Part shown: positions 27,103 through 39,778 of the stretch, one piece after another
Layout of the letters: each line of letters opens with the position of its first letter
How positions within the stretch are numbered: position 1 is the stretch's first letter
Origin: Perna viridis
Lineage: Eukaryota
Assembly (NCBI GenBank): GCA_037379345.1
Contig: CM074511.1
Span: 60,704,862-60,768,861 of the forward strand
DNA: 64,000 nt
Direction of reading: 5' to 3'
Translations under genes and position numbers: made by a program
The notes under the pieces: model-generated
Database searches by the model: none
What the model saw: only the letters and a program-made list of their open reading frames with translations
Told to the model about the DNA's origin: nothing

Positions 27103-27754
27103 CTATAAATTCAATTTAGCGCCATTTAAATTTACAAAAATGCCATTTATTTAGCTGATAAAGACAATACACTTATAAAGTTTAGCACAAAAAGTCAAGT
27201 ATTAAATTAAATGAGCATGTATTACCTCTTTATTTCTAAAATACACACGAAAACGGTTAAGATTTTTTAAATGGTATAGTGTGGTGGAAGCGTAATCAAA
27301 GGTTTAATTTTATTTAGATTAGTAAAATTGTTTACTTTTTTCGGCATTTTTTTTGTTTGTTCATTGACCTGCTGTTCAGAATAGATAACCCGACTGACAC
27401 AGAACAGATTATCTGACTGCTTACCGAGGACCGACACATGCAACAAACTAATGTTTAAACTATAATGAGTTTGGCCAGGAGGGCAGAAAAGGTTTGGTAT
27501 ATTCCCATCATAAATGGAATCAATTTTATAGAATCAGAGTCACGCCTATTCTACGACGGCGAATGTTACAATATATAAATAAAGGTATCTAAGATGTTTG
27601 CTTGCATGTACATTCGTCCTTGTATCTGTAATTTCGTACTTTATATGAAACATCCATACTCACACCATGCATGCATAATAATGTCGATTTATAACTACAC
27701 GTGGATTTATATTATGTATATACTGCTTAATATAGGATACTGTCTACTACTTAC

Positions 27755-27833
27755 TGACGACTGGTGATAGTCGCTTATAAATTTAATTTTAACCATATCA
27801 ACAAGAATGCCTTATTCTCATCATTGGTGACAT
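27755..27833 (-). pseudogene. Candidate broken exon (possible decayed transmembrane segment)
   Basis: Strong acceptor cttttcattccctgcag and consensus donor gtaagt bracket 79 nt; reads VTNDENKAFLLIWLKLNL*, so no frame is intact. Confidence 0.3.
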
Positions 27834-28343
27834 CTGCAGGGAATGAAAAGCAAATCCGTATTTTATTATATCTCCTCATTAGCTGCTTGTTTTACACCCA
27901 TGATCTGTGAAAAGACAGTCATATTGCTCCTGAGTTTTGAAATTTCGTTTACTAAATTGAACATAAACAATTCGCTGAAAGATTTATCTTAAAATTCATC
28001 AATGCTGCTGCCATATAGCTTTTTAACTTTCATGAAATCATCCACATTATCTTGAACCATGTTTACAGAGAAGTAATTTCATCACTCGTAATACTATATT
28101 TATTATTATTATTGTTTCAAAATCGCTTTTATTTTTTTTTTTCTTATTTTGCAGGTAAATGTTGTCGTTTTAAAAAGATATGGGATACAGTACAAGTATA
28201 TATTTAATGGTCTTGCTTGAAATAGTGTCATTATTTTCCCACAATCATACAAAACCAGTAAAAAGTTGATATCTAATGATCCTGTGAAATACAGGGAAAA
28301 AATATCAAATTTAATCCGAAGGTATCTTATAATAGTTAAATGT

Positions 28344-28838
28344 TTTCCATGACTATTAAATTGTTTCCACACTCAACCTTATGATGATTAAACATACATG
28401 TGTCTGAAAGGGTTTTCTTTAGAGGTACTTTAAAAGTGTGGGGCTTGGGTTTTTTTGTTGGGTAAAAAGAGTTCACGGTGTTATAGTGTAACAAGTGTTA
28501 ATGATTTGGTTAGTTTTCGATGTGACATTTTATCCAGGATGTTTTTAGGTACAAGTTTTCATCCAGGATGTTTTCAGATATTAATAAGTATTCTGGGTGA
28601 TATTTCATGGGATGTTTTGCACATTGTTTTTCATTCAGGATATTATTTAATCGATAAAAATCATCCATTCTATCGAGAGAATGAATTCTGTTCACTCCGT
28701 GTGAACTATTTTTTTAATATTATTTAATACTGCAGTGGAAACAGTTTAATAGGTGTGGAAAGTTCTTCAAAGTGAAATAATATCCTCCAAAAAAATCATG
28801 TGAAATAATTTCCACAGCTATTTAATTGTTTCCACTGC
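28344..28838. mobile_element. Degenerate repeat element with GTGGAAACAATTTAATAG-type inverted motifs and internal TTTTCATCCAGGATGTT repeats
   Basis: 30-bp inverted repeat 28732-28761/28809-28838 (3 mismatches), a third motif copy at 28344-28370, and several TTTTC/TATCCAGGATGTT-like units at ~28525-28645. Confidence 0.6.
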
Positions 28839-28885
28839 TGATCAATTATATTTACTATAAGTTAGAGGTATTCCTAGTTGTAAAG

Positions 28886-29012
28886 TTTACAAGAAGCATT
28901 GCAACACAGGATTGAGTTACGGTAAACAAACATATACAATCCCCTGCATGGTACACAACTCTAGGAACAATACTAACGTAGTTCAGTCCTGTGTTGCAAT
29001 GCTTCTTGTAAA
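28886..29012. mobile_element. 127-bp hairpin/MITE-like element with 36-bp terminal inverted repeats
   Basis: TTTACAAGAAGCATTGCAACACAGGATTGAGTTACG (28886-28921) matches the reverse complement of 28977-29012 with 3 mismatches. Confidence 0.85.
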
Positions 29013-29429
29013 TGTTTAAGTAATGTTAATCGAATTCAGACTTTTTTCAAACAAAAGTTGCCCCAACTAGATCGTGCCCAATGGCTATGGGAGTAGTTTT
29101 AAAAATGATAATTTAATTTTTACGTTCCACATGTCACTCTATGGTTTTACCAGATATATATATATATATATTAATTTCATTCCATCTGAAAAATACCTTT
29201 TTACCCACGAAATGTAGAAATGATTTTTTTTTGTAGAAAGTGATCAGTTCACACCCTTCATGTTTTTACGATTTATCGAATCTTGCAGTTCAAAACCACA
29301 TTTTTAAACATTCCACGTCATATAAAGTAAGAATCTTTAAGTTATGTATACACATTGTTGTGAAACATATTTACATTCACGCTTTATTGATTTCCATTTT
29401 ATAAAAAGAACATTAAATGTGAGAAACAC

Positions 29430-29779
29430 AGATTTAGCATGTTTGACGTCATTTTCTACAATGTTATGATGTATTTTAACGCTCCTCTTTCGCCTTCTAA
29501 GATCCGGATACAGTCCTGTTGTAAACAAATCGGACGCAGTCATTCTCTGTATCACAGCCGTTTCAGCAGACACATTATAAGAACCCTATGCTAAATCAGA
29601 AAAATATTTCATTAATTCTATAATCGATAGGCTTTCTTAATGAAAATTTTGTCGGACAATGACTTGTTTACTCCTTGTGTGCAATCTGTTGCCTTTACGA
29701 CACCAACTGCAACCAATACGCAATCACTTCTGCTGCTTCGATCCGGTTACAACACACACAAATCAATGTAAACCCTTCC
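29430..29779 (-). pseudogene. Two candidate exons separated by an 86-nt GT-AG intron, with a furin-type RRRKRS site and one in-frame stop
   Basis: Exon 29779-29672 (cacag|GRVYIDLCVL*PDRSSRSDCVLVAVGVVKATDCTQG|gtaaac), intron 29671-29586, then phase-0 GSYNVSAETAVIQRMTASDLFTTGLYPDLRRRKRSVKIHHNIVENDVKH. The 3' boundary is uncertain. Confidence 0.35.
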
Positions 29780-32464
29780 CTGTGAGTTGTTAAGGAAATT
29801 TATTTTAAGGTCAAATTCGTCCTAACAAAGAAGGATTTGAAAGAGAGTGGCATGTGTTTCTTTCATAATCTCTCCTTTTGGTTGAAGATCGTAACTTTTA
29901 TAGACGATCCGCTATAGGGAACCAGGCGGATCAAAACCAATTCTTTTGGTCAATTAAGTGGATAAACTATAAAATAACTAGACAATCGGCTTAATACCAA
30001 TTGTCGATACCTTCAAATTGGTTCATGTGATCATACATTCCATCCTCATATTCTCCGTAATAAAGTATGTGCTTGATATTGTAATGGTTTTTAAAAGAAA
30101 TAATCAAAGAGCTTAAATCTAAAAAAGTTTACAAATGAACATCGATTTGTGTCTCGTCTCCTGTAAGCGAAAAATTCTTAAAAAGAAATGGTATTCGAAA
30201 GAGTAGATGAGATTTTGAGTGTAATGTTTTAACACAGCCGATGTATGTGTACTTTTTTCTATCTGGATATATTCGTCATGACACTTTGACTTCGCCTATT
30301 TGTCTATTAAGTGGCATCTTATATTCCTGTCCCAGCGGCCCTCAAATACCAGATGAATAAATTACTTTAACACCAATTCATGTCCCCTGTGGTCAGTTAT
30401 TAATATCAACTGTCATACCTTAGAGGGACCTTTTACAGAAATATCCGAAAATTAGAATTTTTAATGTAGAATCCTTGGTGATTCCAGTTTAAGGGCAAAA
30501 AGGTTAATATCATTTGAACGTAGTTAAAACAAACCGCCGATGGCCAGCCAGACAGACATATGGTCAATGTGCTAAATAGTTGATTTCATCCTCAGTAATA
30601 ATTGAAAACTATGGTGTTAGACTCGGTAAAATGAGATTTATTGGCCGTCATAACCTTGCATGCGATTCTTCATTATAATAGCACACCGTGCGGCTTGAAA
30701 TCCGGAATAACTCTCATACAGAAAAATCGCCGAATAAAACACAAAAAATTCCGAGCTGATTTTGAATCCTATTCATATGCTAGCAAGTACTATTGTTAAA
30801 CTTAAGTGAGACTCTTTATTTTTAAGTATGATTTCTATTTTGGGTAGATATTTTGAAAGAAACATGGTTAAGTAGTAGCCTCTGTAAGAATCATGGAGAT
30901 TCTGTAATATGTGATACACCCGAAAGAAGGCTACACATTTTTATTTTTATTAAGTTGCTATGTAGGTGTATATGATGACAGGTATAATTATTCATTCCAA
31001 TCTGTCCGCCCTTAGGGGATAATCTACAATGAAAATCCAACAGTTTCTATTGTATTTTAGTGTCATTTACAGAGTTATCTCCCTTCATCCCTTAACAGTA
31101 CATTCTATATATTTTTTAACTCCTAAGAAACAAGGGTAATAAAAACCACATGTAAATTTCTGTTTACTATAACATTTCAAACAAAAATATCAAAAATGAA
31201 AATATGTATGTTTTTCAGCCATGAATAACATTTTGCATGATTCCTATCTGGAATGCTATTTGATTCTCAATTAAATTCGAATTTGTGAATTTTAACTAGT
31301 TCCTAATTACATCTATATACTGTAGGCAATATAATGTCTGCTCATTGAATTCACTGATACAAGTAACAATTATTGGACATTTTACTACCTCAGGTGCATC
31401 CCCTGGTAATATAATGCCTCTTGAGACTAGTAGTAACTTCTATGACGCACTTGTGACCTCCTGTCTACTCATCACCCATGGTGGTACTCTGAGGATATGA
31501 CAACCAAATTAGAATTGAATCTCTGTTAAGAGATTTCATAAACTCTCTCTGACCTATCGCTGGACCTGATCTATCAATATTTATCTATATATAAACAAAA
31601 AGTCGTTACTACTGATTCTCATTACAGCAGCAGTATCGACGTCAGTAAAGCAAATGAATGTCCAACAACCAGAACAGGATTAATCTCGGTTAATATGTAA
31701 TCCTGTTTACAGTAATTCATGGCTGAACTTTATAATTACCATTAGTAAGTGACATACGAGTACGTCTGTATGTATATATTTACATGTTTACCTACCCATC
31801 AAATAAATGTTTATTGGTATCTGAAATGTTTAGAGTCAATATTTGACTTTAAATTTTATTGTTTTTTTTTTTTGTTCTTGTTCTTTTAGTTTTTTTGTTT
31901 TTGTTTTGTTTGTATTTTTTGTTTTGGGGTAGTATTTGTTTGTGTTTGTTCTTCCTCTTTCATATTTATGTATATTATATTTTAGTTTTTTTGTAACATG
32001 CATCCTTTCATATTGTTTTTCCATGTGTGATAGGTGGAGATCTGATCGACCAGGATAAATAATGACCTTTGACAACAGACTGTATACTTCAGGTCTGCTG
32101 CAACCCAAATTCTACGTAAATAATGTAGGGGTCTTCAGCGATCGTCGACTTGGCGTATATAACATCTGCAACCAGTGTTTTTCAAGAATATTTCGGACAA
32201 ACATACAAATAAATTGACACATTATGGTTTAAGCACTTCTTGTGTACAATTTATTTTTGGATTTAGATCTTACTAGTTATTTGATGTTAATGTTGCTGTT
32301 ACTAATTGAAACACGTGTACAGCATATCGAAATTTGCATATACATGATATGATAGGTATGTTTGTATTATGTTGGCCGTTGTTGTGCTGTTTAAATAGCA
32401 AACCTTAATACTGGAACCAAAACTAAAAGGCATCAGCGAGTCCAATGGGGTTTCATTGGTTGGA

Positions 32465-32495
<31 letters not shown>

Positions 32496-35400
32496 GTTTG
32501 TTTGAAGATTTTGTTAATTTTGTGTTTTTTATGGGCAAGGCAGACAATCGCATTGAACTCACTTTTATCTGAAACATTCCATAAGCAATATCTGAGGGTT
32601 TAAACCAATATTATTCACACAAACAAATTCCATTTTGGCCGTTGTAACCATGTACACTCTTCAAAGATACACACGAAAAAAAGTCCTTAAAAGTGAGCAA
32701 TTATGATGCGGTCTACAAATGCAAGAAAAGGCTTCACCTCAGTTATTCCCTGTAAACATGTCAATGTGCTTCTGACACAGACTAATTAACCTCAAACACA
32801 GATGTATCATCTAAATATTTGTGGTCGTTAGTTACAGGTAGAAATGGTATCGTTGTACGTGTCTCAAAGTATAAATTAGGTAAAACAATTAAGGACAATT
32901 GGTTAATTGACCAAAATAGAAACACTGTTTCCTTTTTTGCTTTGTTAGAGTTCATGACATTGTATCCGTACGCAAATATTCGTCTGTTCTTTAAACGGAA
33001 GGTTCGTGACGAGTTTGTCGCGTTTTGGTTTAAGTTACAATTCTGTTAACGGATTGCAATAGTTTGTAATAAGGTTTATTGTTTAATTGCGTAAAAACAA
33101 TCTGAACACGTAAACAATCTCCGTTTTAATGTTTTGGTCACTAATGTTGGACTATTTTCTTGACAAAGTGTTTTACACGGAATAAACAAACATATATACT
33201 CTTTGGTTAGTGTTTCAATACTATGCAAATCTCAGTCTGGATTGAATCTCCATTTCATACTGATGTGTAATTATAAAATTCTATTTGGACCATTGTTCCC
33301 TTTAGTTGTAAGAAAACCTACCAATTCAAATGCACCACTATAATTTCAAGTTTTTGAAGGGTTAAGTTTTTTGTCGATTGTGTTGTTTCTATGGAGTAGC
33401 TGTCTATATTTTGTTACTATTTCTAAACGAGTTCATTCACAAACACAGACAAAATATCAATCGAACCATCTCGTAACTAAAGACTATACAAACATACTCA
33501 ATACCTTATATACTTGTCAGAACTTTTCTTAGGCATTGTTAAAATACTGGGTCAAATTATTAGCATTCATTATTAATTTTTGATAACTATATTGGAAATG
33601 AATTTTAAGACCGTGCCGTTTTATAATCCATAAAACTTTTAAAATCCACACGAAATATGCGAATCAATTTGTTTCAAAGATCCATTTATTTGTTTATAAA
33701 GCTTGATGACGCAAACAAGAAAAATTAATATTCCATAAAAAGCTTTCAAATATGCAGAATCATTGCCATTGACTTTTGTTTGATTTCAACGTGATCTTTT
33801 TACCCAACATATTCTATTTAAATACCACAGCCCAATGAATGCTTTAGTATTGTTCGATTTTACGATATAAACGTCGAAAAACAGAACTTTATTGTGGGTC
33901 AAGAATGTGATTGTCGCTTTGGTGTTGTTTACTTAACACGTCCTGTTTTTACTATCACAAAAAGTTTTTTTATTGATTTCATTGACAATATATATGATAA
34001 TTTAAGCATAGTTATCGAGTTGTGGAAAACCCGTGAGAGAGAACGCTGTGAAATAACAAGTTGTTCCCGGTCTAAGCATGCTTAAACTCTTGACGAGAAA
34101 TCTTTATCTATTTATCTATTCCCAGAAGCACTTGTTAACCTGTAATATAGTTAAACTTTGAAAATGTCAAAAAAAAGGACGATCAAACAAGATTCCAAGA
34201 GAGCAACCGTTTTAATTTGTGGGTGCATAACATTTAAGATAAAAAAAAATTGTTGAAATTGTTTTTTTTTTTATAATATTCATATTAAATGCATTGCACG
34301 TATGACATATATTGGAATTTTTTTTAAGGAAGGGTAGAAGTTATTTCCTACGAACATGGTCATTTTATATCTAAATTGGGTTACTTTCTTAAATCTTAAA
34401 CTAAAATACAAGACAAAGTCTTACACAACTACTGCATGGTTACACAGAAAGCAGACTTAGTAAATAAATGTTTTCTAGTTTTCTGGCGTCATTCACACAT
34501 TTTCAGCTTTGAAGTCACGCGATTGTGGTTGCGAATGAGTGTTAAACAGTTGATTCTATCTGCAAAACTCGGTCGGTGATACGACTTCTTTATTGGCACC
34601 TTTCATAAACGAAAATTAATCACTCTGTTTGCAGGATTCAGTTATATTTTTATACATTCTTCATAGGTCGTTAATATGTTGATTTTTCTCGTTTCATCTA
34701 CATGTACGTCTGTACGTCTGCTACTCCTGATCAAGACTAGACCCTTTTATGTCTTTTATACGTGATATTCAGCTATGAAATGTGAACATTCGTACAGCAG
34801 GTGTTGAAACAGCATTTGATAAACTCTTAGATGTCAAAAACAAAAGTTTTCAGACAAGACATGCGACAAACAAATGAAACGAAAAAAATCTGAAAATAAA
34901 CGAGTTGTCTAGTCTACCGACAAACTCAAATTCCTGTCAGTTTTTGTGAAAACATATAGCCATTAAATGCGTCAGAATGAGCGTTCATAAAGGTAAGATT
35001 ACGTCTGTCCAACTAACCATGACATTAATTGCATGTCGGAGAAGAAAGCATATTATATTTATTTTAATAAATTGTAAACTGTGATTTAGCACATACTTCT
35101 ACGATGTTTAAACAATCAGAAACATAAGAACAACATTGTGTTTTTGTAGCGTAACATATAGTGTACATTGTTTGTTTAGAAATAATACCACAAACTGTCA
35201 TTGTGTGGTTAGTACGACGAGGGTGATTCAGAGGACAACTAATTCGAAGAAAACGATGGGGATTTTGTTTCCTTGTCTTAGTGAGTCTTTCATGTGACGT
35301 TTGGCTTGTCCTGGAAAGTGCAAGTTTGTGTCGGAATTCCATTCTCGTTAAATCTCGTTAATATATTGTGGTTTGACCTTTGTGATGTATTTCCGTGTCA

Positions 35401-37149
35401 AAAACGTCAAAATTGTCGAAAAATTCCACACCTAAAACTTTGGGTAACTTCTCGTAGTTATGTTAATGTTGATCAGTCAATAACTCCATACGACCCGAAT
35501 ATCGACACGATAGGGCTGTCAGAATTGCCTAGGAATCTAGGCCAACTTTGAACAATTGCCTTTGGGTCAAAGATGTACATTTCACGTTCTTTTCCTCGTG
35601 CCATTAAGTTCACAAATAGAATTAATTTTCATTCCTGATATGCATACATATAAATAATGAATATGTTATACACACATGGTTTCTTTCTTTCTTTCTTTCT
35701 TTTTGTTCTTTTGAGACATATAAGTTGAAATATATACCATGCAAAATTTTGTAACATTTCGTTGAAAAGAGGGCTAAAGATACAAATGTAAGGGTCAAAA
35801 GATCAAGATGAATGTATTGTGCTGGACTATGTAATGTATTCTTCTTACAATTAAAACAAACCGAAAAATAAAATCATCAACATGAATTGAATAGATCGCG
35901 TATGTACATACATATTTTTTAAATTTTACTGTAAGGCATAATTCATGCCCCCTCGTGGGGAAGGGGCTTGAATTTTATGTTGAGTTAAGATTTTTCCCTG
36001 CAGCAGCCAGAGTTAATAATTAGTATTTGAAATTCTACATAATAATGGGGGGGGATATTGAATCCTGATTTTTTTTTCTTTTGTCCATTGTTGATCGAGA
36101 TTTTTTTGGGGGAAGGGGGCTCAAATTTGGAATAATTTTATTTTAATCAAAATTATCCCAGCCCCGCCCACCCCACCCCAGCTTACAAATGATTGGTGCC
36201 TAATTGATTACAGCAAAGGCGTGCAATTTTTTATTCAATGGTATCGAACAAAGCCTTCCAATATGAATATAATACGGAAGGAAATACTGTCCAATAAGAC
36301 ATGTAACTTAATTCAGGGTAAGTGACCTTCCACTGTCGTTTTAAGAATGTCTCAAGAGAAAGTAGATTATGCACTCAATGTACTAAAATTTATGATGAAT
36401 TTCATTTTTTTATTGAATGTAAGCAAAATATTGCATCAAGAGATCAACTTTTTTTAGATAAGTAATATTGTAATATTGTTATATTTTAACACTGATCAAC
36501 TATTCAGTTGACCAATGCATTTTGTTATTTTGTTTAACATAAACTATTAACTATTGTGTTGAGTATTTTGTATTTGCTTGACCCATACGGGTGTTAATTT
36601 ACAAATAAATAAATACATTTTTTTGTAAGTTATTCAACAGATTTAAAATTAAAACTGCCTTCGTTGAGAATGACATACTTATATACGTCTGTTGACGTTG
36701 ACCTTTGACACCTATCGAATACCGTGATGATGAATTAATGTTGATTTTATTTACTGTTTATATACATGCCTTGGCATTTATAACTAAACCAATATCATAA
36801 TTATGGACAAATTTAGACCTAGAATGATTAACTGCTGTGAGCATACTTGTATCTGATGGTCATTTGTCTTGACCTTGATGCGGCGTGACTGGCCCAGTTC
36901 CCTGACATCAAAACACAGTCATGGCTTTCCCATGCTTTAAGTTCCAGGTGTTAAATCCAGTTTAACCTTTTGGAAAACATATGGGAAGCCATGTCATGCT
37001 AAATCGATGCATGTTTTGATATACATGACATTAAAAAGTAACATCAAATCGTTCTGTGGTTTTCCGGCCTCCAATTTGCATGACATGGTTCAGATATTCT
37101 ACATGTACACATGTAATCAAGTACTATCAAGATTTACCAAAGGACCTGA

Positions 37150-37301
37150 AAGGGAACTGCCATTTCATTTGTAATTGGGGTGGGGGTTAGAATCAAATTT
37201 GAAACAAAAAGGCAGAATTGAAATTTTCAAGAATTAAAAAGCCTTGATGGAAAATTTGATCCTATCCCCCTCCCCACTAAATATCAAATGGTTGTTCCTT
37301 A
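37150..37301. mobile_element. MITE-like element (AGGGAAC..CCATTT / AAATGGTTGTTCCT termini)
   Basis: Imperfect terminal inverted repeats with subterminal G-rich and C-rich tracts. Related remnants may lie at ~20840 and ~36040-36200. Confidence 0.55.
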
Positions 37302-39000
37302 AATAGGCTGTTATTCTAAAATTGAATTATCACCAGTGGCTTATCTTATGTGTAATCAGGGAACTGTAACCAGAAACTAACAAGCATGCATCCTCTTTTT
37401 TCTTTATAATTCGCCATGCGTCCCCATGTGCAATTTATTGTGTTGAAACTGTTTTGTATTTTACTTTTTACTTTTAATGTTTTATTTGTATCATGTGTTT
37501 AATTTGTTTCGTTAGATTTTTTATATTACTTTTTCCCATGTTGTTCAATTGTTTGTATTGTGTCTTTTTTTTTAGTATTTTTATAATACCCATATCTAAA
37601 TATGTGTTAAGAAATTGGAAATTATTCCAAATACTCCTTATTTGTCCTAAGTTTTTGTAAGGTAAGCATCAATAAATATGAATAATCTTGAGTTATTCTT
37701 GTCTTTTTGTCACTGCCTTTGTTTGACCTCCCAAAACAACTTTATTTTTTATGCATTGATTGATTGAAATTTCCGAAAATCGATGAAGTATCTATATGCA
37801 TGTTGCGTCATTTATTTATATTTCAGAAGTTTCAAAACAATAGATTTGCATGCACATATTTGCCCAGAGAAATTCAAATTCATATGACGCATTCTTTTTA
37901 CATATATACATTTTTGTGAACTTTCGGTGGTAAAAATAGAAACGAATGACTGTCACGCAGCAACAGCGCTGTAAAATGTGAAATGATATGAATAACACTC
38001 ATTTAGGAACAAGACAGTGCCAATCTCACTGAGCGACCTCTGTCGACAAAAATGTCTTTGTCTGTAAGTAACAAACAAAACCACTAAAACCGCTTTTAAG
38101 GCGTCTTGAGGTGGTTGTCCTATATTTCAAAATACATCATTTTTATATCTAATCATAGCACACATCAAAGGGCTTTATGAAACAACAAATATGATGTATG
38201 ATAATTTAACATTTTATCTCTGTCTGGAATTTTTCCGGAAGTACAGAGGTGATCGGGCATAGAAAACCAGAAAAACAACATAAACTGATTTTAAGGCTGT
38301 CCTCGAATCATTACTCTTGAATTAATGCAGGTACCAAATTTCATCATGACTGTGTTGAAGAGTCAGGAGACATGGGCATTTATTAAGTCGCGACGTCGAC
38401 AACGTCGGGGACATTTTAAAAATAATAGTACAAATGTATCTGTAAGAATCAGGCAGTGGCTTAATCACGCTATGACATAACCCATTACTCTGGCAGTGTA
38501 TGTATGCTACCATCTGAATTCAGGAATAATTCAAGATTTTTCACACAATTTTGGTAGTAAATTTAAATTAAAATTTACTAGAATGCACTCACCCGCCAAT
38601 GAATATTTCAGGTGCAGATAACTATGCAAAAAATCAATTTTAAAACGTTTCGAATGAAAAATTATCTAACTGCTGTCGTGATGCGAAAACCGAACAGTGG
38701 CAATTTCAAATGAAGACTTCCTAGAGTGAAGGTGTCAGATCGATGAGTCCATGTACATAGGAAACATTGCAACATGTGTTTTCATATATTTCCATATGGT
38801 TTTTTGTGCTTTTAAAAATCAATGCAATAATAAGCTTTTGAAAATCATATGAAAACCATACACTTTTCATTTGTGAAATCGTATTAAAACAAAAAATACC
38901 ATGTTCATTTTATTTAATTATTTCTCATTGGTTTATTAAGTTGTCAGAAACATGTTTTGAATATGTTTTTCGTGGTAGTCCTAAACATATGAAAATATGT

Positions 39001-39416
39001 AACGTTTCAGTCCCTTGCCGTATTAGGTTTTCTCCTTAGCATCAGCTGGCTGATTTTCAAAATGCATTATTTAGCACGAACTTTGGGAACTAAAATTGCG
39101 AGAAAATGAATCGAACAGGGTGTTATTATTTTTACATCTTCCATCAATTCTTTCATCATGTGCTAGTGTGTAATTGCCAGATATTTTATAAAACATATTA
39201 TTTTGCTATTAGTTTTGGAAAGGCACCCCTTTTTCAGTATGTTACTATGGCCACTGGATTTTATAACAATAATCAATAAATTACTTATATATTACTTGAA
39301 CGTCCACCCACCAAGAATTAAAAATAAATGTAATTTTTATGATAAAACACTTGAAATTTATGTGCGGACTGCCTCAAAACAGATTTATTTCAATAAAATT
39401 AGACCAAATTTTCAGA
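39001..39416 (-). mobile_element. Dispersed repeat copy 2 (same family as 13438-14051), inverted
   Basis: Reverse-complement matches include AACGTTTCAGTCCC, GGAACTAAAATTG.GAGA.AATGAATCGAA, TAGTTTTGGAAAGGCACC, TTTTCAGTATGTTAC.ATGG, GTGCGGACTGCCTCAAAACAG and AGACCAAATTTTCAGA. Confidence 0.8.
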
Positions 39417-39734
39417 GTTGCTTAGACTCGTCCACCCAGTACCAATTTTTTTTTTGTTGGTTTAAAACATTATCAATTCTCTGTTTGGATGCACTGACTT
39501 TGTCCAAACTTAATCTGATGTACGAATTCGTCTCGAAGCGATAAAAGTGCAAGGCATAGCCTCTGATTTTCCCACGATTCAAAGCTCGGTCTAGGTTTAG
39601 ATTATAGTAGTGTCTACCGAGATCGCCATAGTAAACACTCTATTACGAATTAAAGAAAGAGAATATGTACTCGATTTTGGTCCAAGACAATTAAATTCGG
39701 GATTTCGTTTCAGAACAATTTAATTCGTTTGTTT

Positions 39735-39778
39735 TATTATTATTATTATTATTATTGTTATTATTATTTTTATTATTA
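39735..39778. repeat. (ATT)n microsatellite
   Basis: Directly visible. Confidence 0.85.

Noticed and set aside
29550-29571. miR-2-like TATCACAGCC
   Set aside because: No upstream complementary 5' arm, and the 3' half does not match.
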